Origin: an uncultured archaeon
Lineage (GTDB): Archaea; Nanobdellota; Nanobdellia; Pacearchaeales; GW2011-AR1
Direction of reading: 5' to 3'
NCBI GenBank assembly: GCA_903831045.1
Contig: CAIKWG010000005.1
Coordinates: 7,743 to 71,742 of the forward strand
Length of the DNA: 64,000 nt
Of the stretch, positions 10,279 to 20,409 are shown piece by piece. A program made the translations under genes and the position numbers. Numbering within the stretch: the stretch's first letter is position 1; each line of letters starts with the position of its first letter. A model generated the notes under the pieces. The model did not search any database and was not told where the DNA came from. It saw only the letters and a program-made list of their open reading frames with translations.

Positions 10279-10299
10279 ATACTTATTCTTAACCAAATC

Positions 10300-12012
10300 A
10301 TGAAAACATTAAACCTTCACGTGGATTATATTAAATGGCAAGCCCTAAAAAAGGCCCTGAAATCAATTCCAGATTTAGAAGAAAAACAAAAAGAACCACA
10401 GGAAGTAAAAGAAGCCCTAGTTGTTCTAACTGCAGTTGAAAAGAAAGACACAGACACCACAAAATTAATTTCAAAACTGATAGAAGATATAAAGAATGTT
10501 TCAGCTCAAATTAATACAAAAAATATAGTTCTCTACCCATATGCTCATCTTTCTAAGGACCTCAGCAGCCCAGAATTAGCAATGAAAACTTTGGATGAAG
10601 CAGAAAAAGCACTAAAGAAAGAAAAATTCACTGTACATCGAGCACCTTTTGGATATTACAAAACTTTTGAACTCAAGGTAAAGGGCCATCCACTTAGTGA
10701 ATTATCAAGGGATTTTACTATTGATGAAGCCAAGGCAGAGGAAGAGAAAATAGACCCAGAAAAGCTTCTAAGAGAAATATCAAAATCCAAGCTAGATACA
10801 ACAAAACTAAAAGACAACGACCACAGAATCCTTGGAAGACAAATGGACCTTTTCAGTTTCAATGATGTCGCTCCAGGAATGGTTTTCTGGCATAATAATG
10901 GTTTAATCATAAAGAATGAATTGACAAATTATTGGAGAGAGAAACACGTAGAAGCGGGATATCAAGAAATTTCTACCCCTCAAATTATGGATTCTAAGAT
11001 TTGGAAAATTTCAGGACATTGGGATAAATACAAAGAAAATAACTTTGCAACTCAATACGAAAAAAGACCTTTCCTAGTTAAACCAATGAATTGTCCGGGA
11101 GGGATGCTGGTTTACAAATCAAGCCCAAAATCATACAAAGATTTTCCAATGAGAGTAGGAGAATTAGGAATTGTTCATAGAGTTGAGCTTTCTGGAGTTT
11201 TAGCAGGATTATTTAGAGTTATACAATTTACACAGGATGATGCACACATTTTCTGTCTAGATGAAAAACAAGTAAACTCAGAAATAGAAGGAGTAATTGA
11301 TTTAATTAATATTTTTTATAAAGATTTCAATTTAGAATTTGATCATGTTGAATTATCAACTAGGCCTGAAAAAAGAATTGGAACAGAAGAACAATGGGAC
11401 ATGGCGGAAAAAATACTAGAAGATGTTCTAAAAAAGAACAAAATGAAATATAAAATAAATGAAGGAGACGGAGCCTTCTATGGACCCAAGATTGATTTTC
11501 ATATAAAAGATTCACTTGGAAGAACATGGCAAACTTCTACAATACAATTAGATTTTGCACTTCCAGAAAGATTTCAACTGGAATATACTGACAAAGATGA
11601 TAAGAAGAAAAGACCAATTATGCTTCATAGAGTAATCTATGGCTCTCTGGAAAGATTCCTAGGAGTTTTATTAGAGGATAAAAATGGTAGACTTCCAACA
11701 TGGCTTGCACCAATGCAAGTTAAACTTTTGAGTTTTACAGACAGAAATAAAAAATACGGAGAAAAAGTTCTAAAAGAATTGCAAAAAGAAATTCCAAATC
11801 TAAGAATTGAATCTGACTTTAGACAAACAACTGTCCCCCAAAAAGTAAAAGAAGCTGAACTTATGAGAATTCCATATATTGTTGTAGTAGGAGACAAAGA
11901 AGAGAAAGAAGCCTCCTTGGCAATAAGAAAAGGCGGACAAAATAAGATTGAAACAGTTAAACTAAAAGATTTCATAAAAAATATCAAAGAAGAAATTAAA
12001 AATAGAAAATGA
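10300..12012 (+). CDS. thrS: Threonyl-tRNA synthetase with archaeal N-terminal editing domain
   Basis: Editing domain YPYAHLS, RAPFGYYK and GHPLSELSR; core KPMNCPG, FTQDDAH, GAFYGPKID and HRVIYGSLERF. Confidence 0.97.
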   Translation: MKTLNLHVDYIKWQALKKALKSIPDLEEKQKEPQEVKEALVVLTAVEKKDTDTTKLISKLIEDIKNVSAQINTKNIVLYPYAHLSKDLSSPELAMKTLDEAEKALKKEKFTVHRAPFGYYKTFELKVKGHPLSELSRDFTIDEAKAEEEKIDPEKLLREISKSKLDTTKLKDNDHRILGRQMDLFSFNDVAPGMVFWHNNGLIIKNELTNYWREKHVEAGYQEISTPQIMDSKIWKISGHWDKYKENNFATQYEKRPFLVKPMNCPGGMLVYKSSPKSYKDFPMRVGELGIVHRVELSGVLAGLFRVIQFTQDDAHIFCLDEKQVNSEIEGVIDLINIFYKDFNLEFDHVELSTRPEKRIGTEEQWDMAEKILEDVLKKNKMKYKINEGDGAFYGPKIDFHIKDSLGRTWQTSTIQLDFALPERFQLEYTDKDDKKKRPIMLHRVIYGSLERFLGVLLEDKNGRLPTWLAPMQVKLLSFTDRNKKYGEKVLKELQKEIPNLRIESDFRQTTVPQKVKEAELMRIPYIVVVGDKEEKEASLAIRKGGQNKIETVKLKDFIKNIKEEIKNRK

Positions 12013-13442
12013 AAAAACTTTCAATAGATGAGATGGCAGCATTCTGCAAGAGGAAAGGAATTATTGACAAATCAGCAGAAATCTACGGAGGTTTTGCAGG
12101 ATTCTGGGATTATCTTTTTCTGGGTGCTGAATTAAAACAAAATATAAAAAATGCTTGGTGGAGTTTTCATGTAAGACAGAGACCAGACATGGTGGGAATT
12201 GATGGAGCAATTATAACTTCTCCAGAAGTTTGGAAAGCATCAGGACATGTAGCAAATTTTAATGATGTTTTTATTATATGTAAGAAATGTAAAAAGCCAA
12301 CAAAAATAGATAAATCAGAATTAGGAAAAGCAAAATGCGATTGCGGGGGAGAATTAGACGTTAACACTGCAAAAGATTTTGAATTAATGTTTAAAACAAA
12401 CGTTGGGGAAAAAGATTATGCTTATCTAAGACCAGAGACAGCTCAACTAATTTTTTCAAATTTTAAAGCAGTTTTTGAAGGAGCTAGAATGAAGTTACCA
12501 TGTGGAATAGCACAAATGGGTAAGGCATTTAGAAATGAGATTGCTCCAAGAAATTTTATTTTCAGATGTAGAGAATTTGAACAAATGGAAATTGAATATT
12601 TCATTAAACCAAAACAAAAATGCCCCTATGAAATTCCAGATATAGAAGTTTTAGTTTATTCAGAAGAGCTACAAAAAGAGAATAAGGAAGCAAAAAAAAT
12701 GTCCATCAAAAAAGCATTCAAAGATAAAATCATAAAGAAAGACTGGCATGCCTATTGGTTAGCTCAGGAACTATTATGGTTCAAATCATTTGGAGCAGAT
12801 TTAGACAATTTCAGAATTAGACAACATGCAAAAGAAGAACTTGCACATTATTCTTCAGATTGCTGGGATTTAGAATATAATTTCCCATTCGGTTGGAAAG
12901 AACTAGAAGGAATTGCAGACAGAGGAGATTATGATCTTTCTCAACATGAAAAATTTTCAAAGAAGAATCTAAAAGTACTTGATGAAGAAACAAATGAAAG
13001 ATTCCTTCCCCATGTTATCTCTGAACCAAGTCTGGGAGTTGAAAGAGCACTATTAGTTTTCCTCTATGAAGCTTACACAGTTAGCGACAAAGAAAATGTA
13101 GTTCTAAAGCTACATCCAAAACTAGCTCCAATAAAAGCGGCAGTTTTCCCAATAATTAAGAGTCCGGAATATGATAAAATATCAGAAGAGATTGTAGCAA
13201 CTCTAAGAAAAAGATATAATATTGAATACGACAGATCAGGAAGTATTGGTAGAAGATATGCTAGAAATGATGAAGCAGGAACCCCCTTTTGTATCACCAT
13301 TGATGAACACACTCCAAAAGAAAAAACAGTTACAATAAGAGAAAGAGACACAACCGAACAAAAAAGAGTAAAGATATCCGAACTTCCCACAATTCTTGAC
13401 AAATTGATTGAAGGTGAAATTGAATTTAAGAGTTTAAAATAA
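12009..13442 (+). CDS. glyS: Glycyl-tRNA synthetase (alpha2 type)
   Basis: YLRPETAQ, FRNEIAPR, REFEQMEIE, IEPS-like SEPSLGVER and GSIGRRYAR motifs. Confidence 0.96.
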   Translation: MKKLSIDEMAAFCKRKGIIDKSAEIYGGFAGFWDYLFLGAELKQNIKNAWWSFHVRQRPDMVGIDGAIITSPEVWKASGHVANFNDVFIICKKCKKPTKIDKSELGKAKCDCGGELDVNTAKDFELMFKTNVGEKDYAYLRPETAQLIFSNFKAVFEGARMKLPCGIAQMGKAFRNEIAPRNFIFRCREFEQMEIEYFIKPKQKCPYEIPDIEVLVYSEELQKENKEAKKMSIKKAFKDKIIKKDWHAYWLAQELLWFKSFGADLDNFRIRQHAKEELAHYSSDCWDLEYNFPFGWKELEGIADRGDYDLSQHEKFSKKNLKVLDEETNERFLPHVISEPSLGVERALLVFLYEAYTVSDKENVVLKLHPKLAPIKAAVFPIIKSPEYDKISEEIVATLRKRYNIEYDRSGSIGRRYARNDEAGTPFCITIDEHTPKEKTVTIRERDTTEQKRVKISELPTILDKLIEGEIEFKSLK

Positions 13443-13443
13443 A

Positions 13444-13578
13444 ATGATTAAACAAAGACTTAATAAAAAAACAATCTCAGAGATAAAAAAAGCAAGAAAA
13501 AATATCAAAAAAGGTAATGTTTATACTGAAGCAGAAGCCAAAGAATTAATTAACCTCCATCAACCTATTCTTAGATAG
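13444..13578 (+). CDS. 44-aa ORF resembling the C-terminal part of archaeal RelB-like antitoxins
   Basis: MIKQRLNKKTISEIKKARKNIKKGNVYTEAEAKELINL..., read by hand; below the ORF-track cut-off. Confidence 0.4.
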   Translation: MIKQRLNKKTISEIKKARKNIKKGNVYTEAEAKELINLHQPILR

Positions 13579-13630
13579 AAGGTAATAGATAAGTCCCAAA
13601 TTTTATAAACTCCCTATTTCTCAATGATTT

Positions 13631-14152
13631 ATGAAATTCCAAGATTATTATAAGAAGTTAATTGATTCAAAAGAATATCAAAAGTTTACAAAGGAAAACA
13701 AAAAAGCCTACCCTTGCTCTGGTTTATTTATCATTGATAGGCAAAAACCACAGATAGAAGTTACTTTTGATTATTATCTTCCAGACACAAAAAAGATTTT
13801 CAGTTTTAAGATAGATAAACAAGTAGATTTGGTTCCACTTGAAAATGTTGACCCAACAATACCAGAAAAGCTGGGAATGAATTATTCTTTTGATTTAGCA
13901 ACCTATGAAAAGCTCATTCTAGATAGAATGACAGAAGAAAAAATAAATGGAAATCTCCAAAAAATACTTTTTAGTCTACAAAAAACAAAAGGTAAAGATT
14001 ATCTTGTTACAACCTGCTTTCTTTCAAATTTGGGTCTACTTAAAGTCCAAATAGATATTCAACAGAATAAAATTATTCTCTTTGAAAAAAAATCTTTCTT
14101 CGACATGATAAGAGTAATCAAGGGAAATAAAAAAGAAGAAAAAGAAAAATGA
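13631..14152 (+). CDS. Hypothetical protein
   Basis: 173-aa ORF with TATA at 13602. Confidence 0.75.
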   Translation: MKFQDYYKKLIDSKEYQKFTKENKKAYPCSGLFIIDRQKPQIEVTFDYYLPDTKKIFSFKIDKQVDLVPLENVDPTIPEKLGMNYSFDLATYEKLILDRMTEEKINGNLQKILFSLQKTKGKDYLVTTCFLSNLGLLKVQIDIQQNKIILFEKKSFFDMIRVIKGNKKEEKEK

Positions 14153-14427
14153 AAGAAGGCTATAGAAAAAATTACTCCGATGACGATTTGAAACATCTTC
14201 TTGAAAAAGCACCAACAAGCGAGCAAAATATGTATGAAGATAGATTAATCAAGGTTAATCCAAACAATGATGAAAATTTTCAAGGAGCCTGCTTAAATTG
14301 GGAGCTAGCAGGAAAAGGTTTCAGCTTATTCAAACCAACAAAACCAGGAAGAAAAATGACTGACGAAGAATTGCTTGCAGATGCTTATAGAAGAGCATCA
14401 GAATACGAAGCAAAAAGAAAAAAATAA
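14149..14427 (+). CDS. Hypothetical protein
   Basis: 92-aa ORF with ATGA overlap to the upstream gene. Confidence 0.65.
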   Translation: MKEGYRKNYSDDDLKHLLEKAPTSEQNMYEDRLIKVNPNNDENFQGACLNWELAGKGFSLFKPTKPGRKMTDEELLADAYRRASEYEAKRKK

Positions 14428-14700
14428 TTAATCAAAACCAGTTAGTTTTCCAAGCCTATCAAAAAAAGCAATATCTCTAAGGTCAGAAACCTTTACTTTA
14501 AGTTCAGAAAGCCCATAATACTTATGTTTTTCTTTATTTTCTAGATCAAGAGCAATATGAGAATGATAAACCGAATTAGTTAGTTTGCCTATAAGAGAAT
14601 TACATCCTTCAACATACTATCTAATTCTCTCTTCTTTCTCGTGAACAAACCTTTCTCTAAGTCGTTTATAGAGAATTTTGGGGGAATAATTTTTTGACAT
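14428..14700 (-). pseudogene. Hypothetical 90-codon gene with in-frame TAG at 14617-14619
   Basis: MSKNYSPKILYKRLRERFVHEKEERIR*YVEGCNSLIGK...GKLTGFD fills the intergenic gap; TTTAAAAA 29 nt upstream of the ATG. Confidence 0.55.
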
Positions 14701-14765
14701 TGGGGTCATAAATAAATTCCCTTTTTAAATTTGATATTTCATTAATTAGTTACAAATGAGAAATA

Positions 14766-15365
14766 TTACTTCTTTACAACAAAATTAATCATCATCTCAG
14801 AATTATCCGATTCAATAAGCTTAAATCCAGCTTTCTTGAATAAATCATGAACTTCTTGCTCATCAAATAAGTAATAATATCTCTCCCCTTTATTCGTCCA
14901 TTTAATAAGTTTCTCTTTACCTTGTTTCTGATTAAATCTCTTAGATTGAAAATTCCAAACACCTATTCTGGCAATTCCACCTTTTTTTATAACTCTATAA
15001 AGCTCCTTAACAGATTTCAAACGATTATCTTCTCCTTTAACACAATGCAATGCAGAAATGCAAATTGCAAAATCAAAGAAATTATCTTCAAGAGGAAGTT
15101 CAGTTAAATCTGCTTTCACAAATTCTGCTTTAATTCCCAATTCATCTGCTTTCTTTTTAGCAAGACGTAACATCTCTTCAGAAAAATCCACCAGCCACAT
15201 TTTTCCTTTTTTAAGTTTAACAAGATGCCTTCCAGAACCTGCTCCAAGATCAAGAACATTCCCACTACATTTAGCTAGAAACTTTCCAGTACTCTCTCCT
15301 CCAATCTGTTTAAATTCATGCCATTCCGGAGCAATCTCGTCCCATATTTTTTCCTGCGATTCCAT
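14766..15365 (-). CDS. Class I SAM methyltransferase, Trm9/ALKBH8-like
   Basis: VLDLGAGSG, 'DFAICISALHC', 'GGIARIGVW' and 'RYYYLF..E'. Confidence 0.75.
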   Translation of the reverse strand: MESQEKIWDEIAPEWHEFKQIGGESTGKFLAKCSGNVLDLGAGSGRHLVKLKKGKMWLVDFSEEMLRLAKKKADELGIKAEFVKADLTELPLEDNFFDFAICISALHCVKGEDNRLKSVKELYRVIKKGGIARIGVWNFQSKRFNQKQGKEKLIKWTNKGERYYYLFDEQEVHDLFKKAGFKLIESDNSEMMINFVVKK

Positions 15366-15397
15366 GAAAAATCAAGTAAAATTGTCTTTAAAAAACA

Positions 15398-15877
15398 TTA
15401 GATTGAATGCTTATCAATTACCCAATATTTCCATGCTGGCTTATCCAACCAAGAGTGAAATTTTAAATGAACTCTTCCAGGAAAAGAAATTTCAAGAAGT
15501 TTATTATCAAAAATTTGCCTTAAAACAGAATGATGGGGTTCTAAAAATTTTGAATCATAGGGATCAATAAGCTCATTTACAAACACCATTCTCCCTTCAT
15601 CATCTTCTCTTTCATAAGCCAGAGAAAATCCTTTAGGACGATGTTTATAATATTCTTGAAGAGGGAAGGTAAAAGTTTTTTCAGAATCAATAAAAAAAGA
15701 AAGATTTAATTTATCTTTCTTAAAGTCAAGACTTTTTCCTACTAAAGATTCATTAACTAAAACATTTCCACCATGAGAACCAACATTTCTAATAAAAAGA
15801 TTATCAGGAATATAATTATCTAAAGAAAATCTCAAATTTTCAAAGTCTAATTCTCGAGGCATCCAATATTGTTCCAT
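15398..15877 (-). CDS. Hypothetical protein
   Basis: 159-aa ORF with no recognised motif. Confidence 0.65.
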   Translation of the reverse strand: MEQYWMPRELDFENLRFSLDNYIPDNLFIRNVGSHGGNVLVNESLVGKSLDFKKDKLNLSFFIDSEKTFTFPLQEYYKHRPKGFSLAYEREDDEGRMVFVNELIDPYDSKFLEPHHSVLRQIFDNKLLEISFPGRVHLKFHSWLDKPAWKYWVIDKHSI

Positions 15878-15964
15878 AATATATCCAGAAGGAAGAGATA
15901 TATAATAATGATGCTAGTCCTGAACAATAAAAAACTTTATAAAACATCTATCTATCAACTAACC

Positions 15965-17044
15965 ATGGAAAATTCGCAATTTAAAGTTGCAATCATCTAC
16001 AACAAAAACAAAAAAGCTGAAGAAGGAGAACCGGAAGATCTCTATGCTGAATTCGACGACGAATCAGTACCTCAGGCAATTAAAGATGCTCTTCTAATAA
16101 ATAATTTTAACATTGATATTCTCGAAGCAGACAAGACACTATATTCTAATTTAGAAAACGGACACTATGATTTTGCATTTAATATTGCAGAAGGACTTTA
16201 TGGAGAATCAAGAGAAAGTCAAGTCCCAGCAATGTTAGAATGGCTAAGAATCCCCTACACTGCTAGTGGGATATTTACAATGGCATTATCTCTCGATAAA
16301 AGAAGAACAAAAGAAACCCTTCTATTTAATAAGCTTGCAACTCCAAAATCTCAATTATTCAAAACTCTAGAGGATAAATTAGATTCAGATTTAGAATTCC
16401 CTCTAATCGTAAAACCCAACTCAGAAGGTTCTTCTAAGGGAATAGACGATAAGAGTATTGTTCAGAATGAGGAACAATTAAAAGAAAATGTAAAAAAAAT
16501 TAATGAAACTTACCAAGATTCTGCTCTTGCTGAAGAATTTCTTCCAGGAAGAGAATTTACAGTAGGATTAATGGGAAATAAAGATGGAAAAATTTATAGA
16601 ATTCCTGCTGTAGAAATTTTTGTGGATAAATATGAAAATTCTAAAGGAATCTATACCTACGAGCATAAATATCTAAAAGAAAAACAAGAAAATTCCGATA
16701 TTGCAATTATGAACCCAGAACTAAGCAAAAAAGTTTATGATTTGGCAATAGCAAGTTTTAACGCTCTTGGTTGCAGAGATTTTGGAAGAGTCGATATTAG
16801 ATGCAATGCAAAAGGAGAACCAGAAGTTTTAGAAATTAATCCAATTCCAGGGTTACATCCAGACCCAGAACATGTTTCATATTTTACAAAAGCTTGCACA
16901 CTCGGCAACATTGGTTACACAGAGATGATTAATGGAATATTTATGTTTGCTCTCCAAAGACACGGATTAGAAGACAGAATAAATTCTTCAATAAGAAAAA
17001 GAATATTTCAAACATTAGAAAAATCAGATAAAATGTGTGAATAG
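15965..17044 (+). CDS. D-Ala-D-Ala ligase-like ATP-grasp enzyme
   Basis: FNIAEG, VKPNSEGSSKGI, GREFTVG, GRVDIR and LEINPIPG motifs; ATG 15965 lies 29 nt after TTTATAAA. Confidence 0.85.
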   Translation: MENSQFKVAIIYNKNKKAEEGEPEDLYAEFDDESVPQAIKDALLINNFNIDILEADKTLYSNLENGHYDFAFNIAEGLYGESRESQVPAMLEWLRIPYTASGIFTMALSLDKRRTKETLLFNKLATPKSQLFKTLEDKLDSDLEFPLIVKPNSEGSSKGIDDKSIVQNEEQLKENVKKINETYQDSALAEEFLPGREFTVGLMGNKDGKIYRIPAVEIFVDKYENSKGIYTYEHKYLKEKQENSDIAIMNPELSKKVYDLAIASFNALGCRDFGRVDIRCNAKGEPEVLEINPIPGLHPDPEHVSYFTKACTLGNIGYTEMINGIFMFALQRHGLEDRINSSIRKRIFQTLEKSDKMCE

Positions 17045-17087
17045 GCTAAAATAAAAGATTTTTAACCTGCTAATTCTTCGAAATTCT

Positions 17088-18446
17088 ATGCAACTACCAT
17101 TGAAAAACGAAAAGCGTAAACCAACAAAGACATTGTCAGGAATAACTCCAGTAGCAGTTATGCTCCCTCCTCGACCATGTAATCATGGAAGCTGTGTTTA
17201 CTGTCCAAATCTGAATGTTCCTCAAAGTTATACTCCTAAATCCCCAGTTGTTCTGAGAGCAAAAGCACTAAGATATGATGCCTACAAACAAGTTCAAACA
17301 AGAATAAATGCTTTTGAATTAATGAATCATCCAACAGAAAAGATAGAATTAATCCTAATGGGTGGAACTTTCCTTGAATATCCAGAAAAATTCCAAAAGA
17401 AGTTTATAAAAAGTTTATACGATGGACTCAATGGAAAGATTTCTAAAACTCTTGAACAAGCACAAAAAATAAATGAAACAACAAAGCATAGATGCATTGC
17501 TCTTTGTATAGAAACACGTCCAGACGTTTGCATCAATCATATTGATAAAATGAGAAAATGGGGAGTAACACGAGTTGAACTGGGAGTTCAAATCATTGAT
17601 GATGATATCTACAAAAAAGTAAAAAGAAGCCACACAGTAAAAGATGTAATCGACGCCACAAAAGCTCTGAAAGATGCAGGTTTTAAAATAGGTTATCACA
17701 TAATGCCCGGACTTCCAGGAAGCAATCCAAAGAAAGATATTCAACTTTTCAAAAAAATGTTCTCAAATCAAGATTTTAAACCAGATCAACTAAAACTTTA
17801 CCCATGTCAAGTAATGCCAGGTTCAGAATTAGAAAAGATGTATTGGAATAAGGAATATATTCCATATGATGAAAAAGTAATAAAAGAAATTTTAATAAAA
17901 ATGTTAAAATTAATTCCAAATTATTGTAGAGTAATGAGAGTTATGAGAGAAATCCCAACAGAATATCTAGTTGCAGGAACAACTAATATCGGATTAAGAA
18001 AAGATTTAGAAGAAGAACTGAGAAAAAATAAAATAAAACTAAAAGAAATTAGATATAGAGAAATAGGATTTGCAAATAAAGAAACGCTCAATAAAAAAAC
18101 TAAACTAAAGATTACAAAGTATAAGGCTTCAGACGGAAAAGAATACTTCTTAGAAATAATAAATAAGGACAATATTTTATTTGGCCTGCTAAGACTGAGA
18201 ATATCGAAAGCAGGCGCAATAGTAAGAGAGGTTCATGTCTACGGACAAAGCCTTGAACTAGGACAAATAGGAGAAAATTCACAGCACATGGGACTTGGAA
18301 AACAATTAATTGCAAAAGCAGAAGAAATAGCAAAAAAATCAAAACAAAAAAAGCTCAAAATTATTTCTGGAATTGGAGTTAGAGAATATTACAAAAAATT
18401 AGGATACATCCTAGAAGATACTTATATGGTTAAGAATTTAAATTAG
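17088..18446 (+). CDS. elp3: Elp3 tRNA U34 carboxymethyltransferase (radical SAM + GNAT)
   Basis: CNHGSCVYC, MGGTF, IETRPD, VREVHVYG, QHMGLG and GVREYY motifs. Confidence 0.95.
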   Translation: MQLPLKNEKRKPTKTLSGITPVAVMLPPRPCNHGSCVYCPNLNVPQSYTPKSPVVLRAKALRYDAYKQVQTRINAFELMNHPTEKIELILMGGTFLEYPEKFQKKFIKSLYDGLNGKISKTLEQAQKINETTKHRCIALCIETRPDVCINHIDKMRKWGVTRVELGVQIIDDDIYKKVKRSHTVKDVIDATKALKDAGFKIGYHIMPGLPGSNPKKDIQLFKKMFSNQDFKPDQLKLYPCQVMPGSELEKMYWNKEYIPYDEKVIKEILIKMLKLIPNYCRVMRVMREIPTEYLVAGTTNIGLRKDLEEELRKNKIKLKEIRYREIGFANKETLNKKTKLKITKYKASDGKEYFLEIINKDNILFGLLRLRISKAGAIVREVHVYGQSLELGQIGENSQHMGLGKQLIAKAEEIAKKSKQKKLKIISGIGVREYYKKLGYILEDTYMVKNLN

Positions 18447-18462
18447 AAAGTTCTATAATTTT

Positions 18463-18939
18463 ATGAAAGAAGCAACAAAAAGAGGTTTGAGCTTTGGAGT
18501 AACATCTGGAGTAATTACAACAATTGGATTAATGATTGGAATTTATTCTTCTACTGGCTCTAAATTAGCAGTTTTGGGGGGAATTATTACAATAGCCATT
18601 ACAGATGCACTTTCTGATTCTTTCGGAGTAAATATATCCGAAGAGGCAACTGAGAAAAAACGTAAAAAAATATGGGCCAACACAGTTTCTACTTTCATAT
18701 TTAAATTTTTATCAGCAATAATATTCATCGGAGCAATTTTAATATTTGAATTAAAAACGGGAGTGATAATCAATGTTTTTTTAGGAGCGTTAGTTTTAAT
18801 TATTCTTAGTTATATACTTGCAAAGAAAGAGAGGAAGAAACCATTAAAGATTATCGGTTGGCATTTAGTTATAGCTGCTTTGGTTATTATAATGACTTAT
18901 TTCCTAGGAAAATTAATTGCAAATCTTGGTTTAATTTAG
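18463..18939 (+). CDS. VIT1/CCC1-like membrane protein
   Basis: 'FGVTSGVITT' and 'DALSDSFG..SEE'; about 5 TMs. Confidence 0.7.
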   Translation: MKEATKRGLSFGVTSGVITTIGLMIGIYSSTGSKLAVLGGIITIAITDALSDSFGVNISEEATEKKRKKIWANTVSTFIFKFLSAIIFIGAILIFELKTGVIINVFLGALVLIILSYILAKKERKKPLKIIGWHLVIAALVIIMTYFLGKLIANLGLI

Positions 18940-20325
18940 TTAGGTATATCCTGCCCTTCTAATTCCCATTAATCCTCCAAGATGTTTAGGAGTTTCCAAC
19001 AGTTTATTTCTAATTGTTTTACCCAAATCAAAAAACTCCACAGGCCTAACTTCACGAACACGTGGAAGCATAAACATTGCAACTAAAATTCTTAATGTTG
19101 CACTTAGCAAGAATATAAAGATTATTGGATGAAACCCGAGTATAGTTCCAAATTTATCTGAAGAAAAATATCCCCCAATTAAAGCTCCAAGGAAAGTTCC
19201 AAAGGCAGCAATAATTGCATTATAGGAAACACAAAGTGCCATTCTTTCACGAGTCACAGCATCATAGATAAAATTAACTGAAGAAAGATTTAATCCAGCC
19301 CATAAAAATCCGGATAAAGCCTCAACCAGAACAAGATAAGGCAAAATTAGCTTAGGATTAACAGAAATAATCCAAGGAGAAAAAGCCCATAGAACAGGAA
19401 TTAAGAATACAAACCATCCAGTAACTTTCATAACCATAAGATTTCCATACTTATCCGAAGACCTTCCCCAAAAAGATAAAGACAAAACAGTTGTAATAAT
19501 AGAAGTAACAGTAATAAGAGTAAATTGATAATAATTAAAAGATAAATTCTTTAGCATATAAACTGAAAAGAAAGGTGAAGCTATTGCCGTTGCAAAAGAA
19601 ATCAAACTGAAAAAGATAACAAATCTTCCAAAATTATTTCTCCTCATCTTTTTCACAAATTGAAGAAAACTAAAATAATATTCACTGCTATAGGTCATTG
19701 GAGGCTCATATTTCTTAGACAAGAAATATGCAGAAGAAAATCTTCCAATTACTGCAATTGAAAAAAGAATTAAAAATCCATAACCAACATTTCCTTTTTT
19801 AAAATAATCCAAAATAAAACCTGCAGCAAGCATGCTCAACAGCACAGAAATATTAACAAACTTAGATCTTCTACCAAAATAGGCTCCAACATCTCTATTA
19901 ACCAAATCTTTCATCCAAGAATTCCATGCAGGACCAACAAAAGCTCCAGCAACAGCTAACAAACTGTAAAACACAAGAAGCAAAACCGCTGCAAGAGCAG
20001 TAGACATCCCCCATAAAAAATATCCAAGTGCAATTAAAATCAAAGGCAACCACATAACCCCTTGAGCTATAACTCCTGTAAGAACTAATTTTTTTCTTGT
20101 AGTTTTTTCAACAACCTTATTGCTAATCAATTGAGAAGCAGTACCAAGGAGATTTGGTAATGAATTAAGAACCCCAATCATTGCATTTCCAGCACCCATT
20201 GCAAGAGCAAATGGAGTAATATATCTAAGACCGAAACCATCCATTACACTGAAAGAAACTCCATCCTTTAGGCTATATTTCTTAGATTTTTCTCTCAACA
20301 CCTCTTCATTATTCTTATTTTCCAT
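18940..20325 (-). CDS. MFS transporter
   Basis: About 12 TMs; 'WGRSSDKYG' motif A. Confidence 0.88.
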   Translation of the reverse strand: MENKNNEEVLREKSKKYSLKDGVSFSVMDGFGLRYITPFALAMGAGNAMIGVLNSLPNLLGTASQLISNKVVEKTTRKKLVLTGVIAQGVMWLPLILIALGYFLWGMSTALAAVLLLVFYSLLAVAGAFVGPAWNSWMKDLVNRDVGAYFGRRSKFVNISVLLSMLAAGFILDYFKKGNVGYGFLILFSIAVIGRFSSAYFLSKKYEPPMTYSSEYYFSFLQFVKKMRRNNFGRFVIFFSLISFATAIASPFFSVYMLKNLSFNYYQFTLITVTSIITTVLSLSFWGRSSDKYGNLMVMKVTGWFVFLIPVLWAFSPWIISVNPKLILPYLVLVEALSGFLWAGLNLSSVNFIYDAVTRERMALCVSYNAIIAAFGTFLGALIGGYFSSDKFGTILGFHPIIFIFLLSATLRILVAMFMLPRVREVRPVEFFDLGKTIRNKLLETPKHLGGLMGIRRAGYT

Positions 20326-20409
20326 ATCTCCTCTAAAATTAGATTTCACAAATTTAATATATAAATCTATCTAACAGAAATTATTACTATCAAATTATAA
20401 TTCTAAAAA

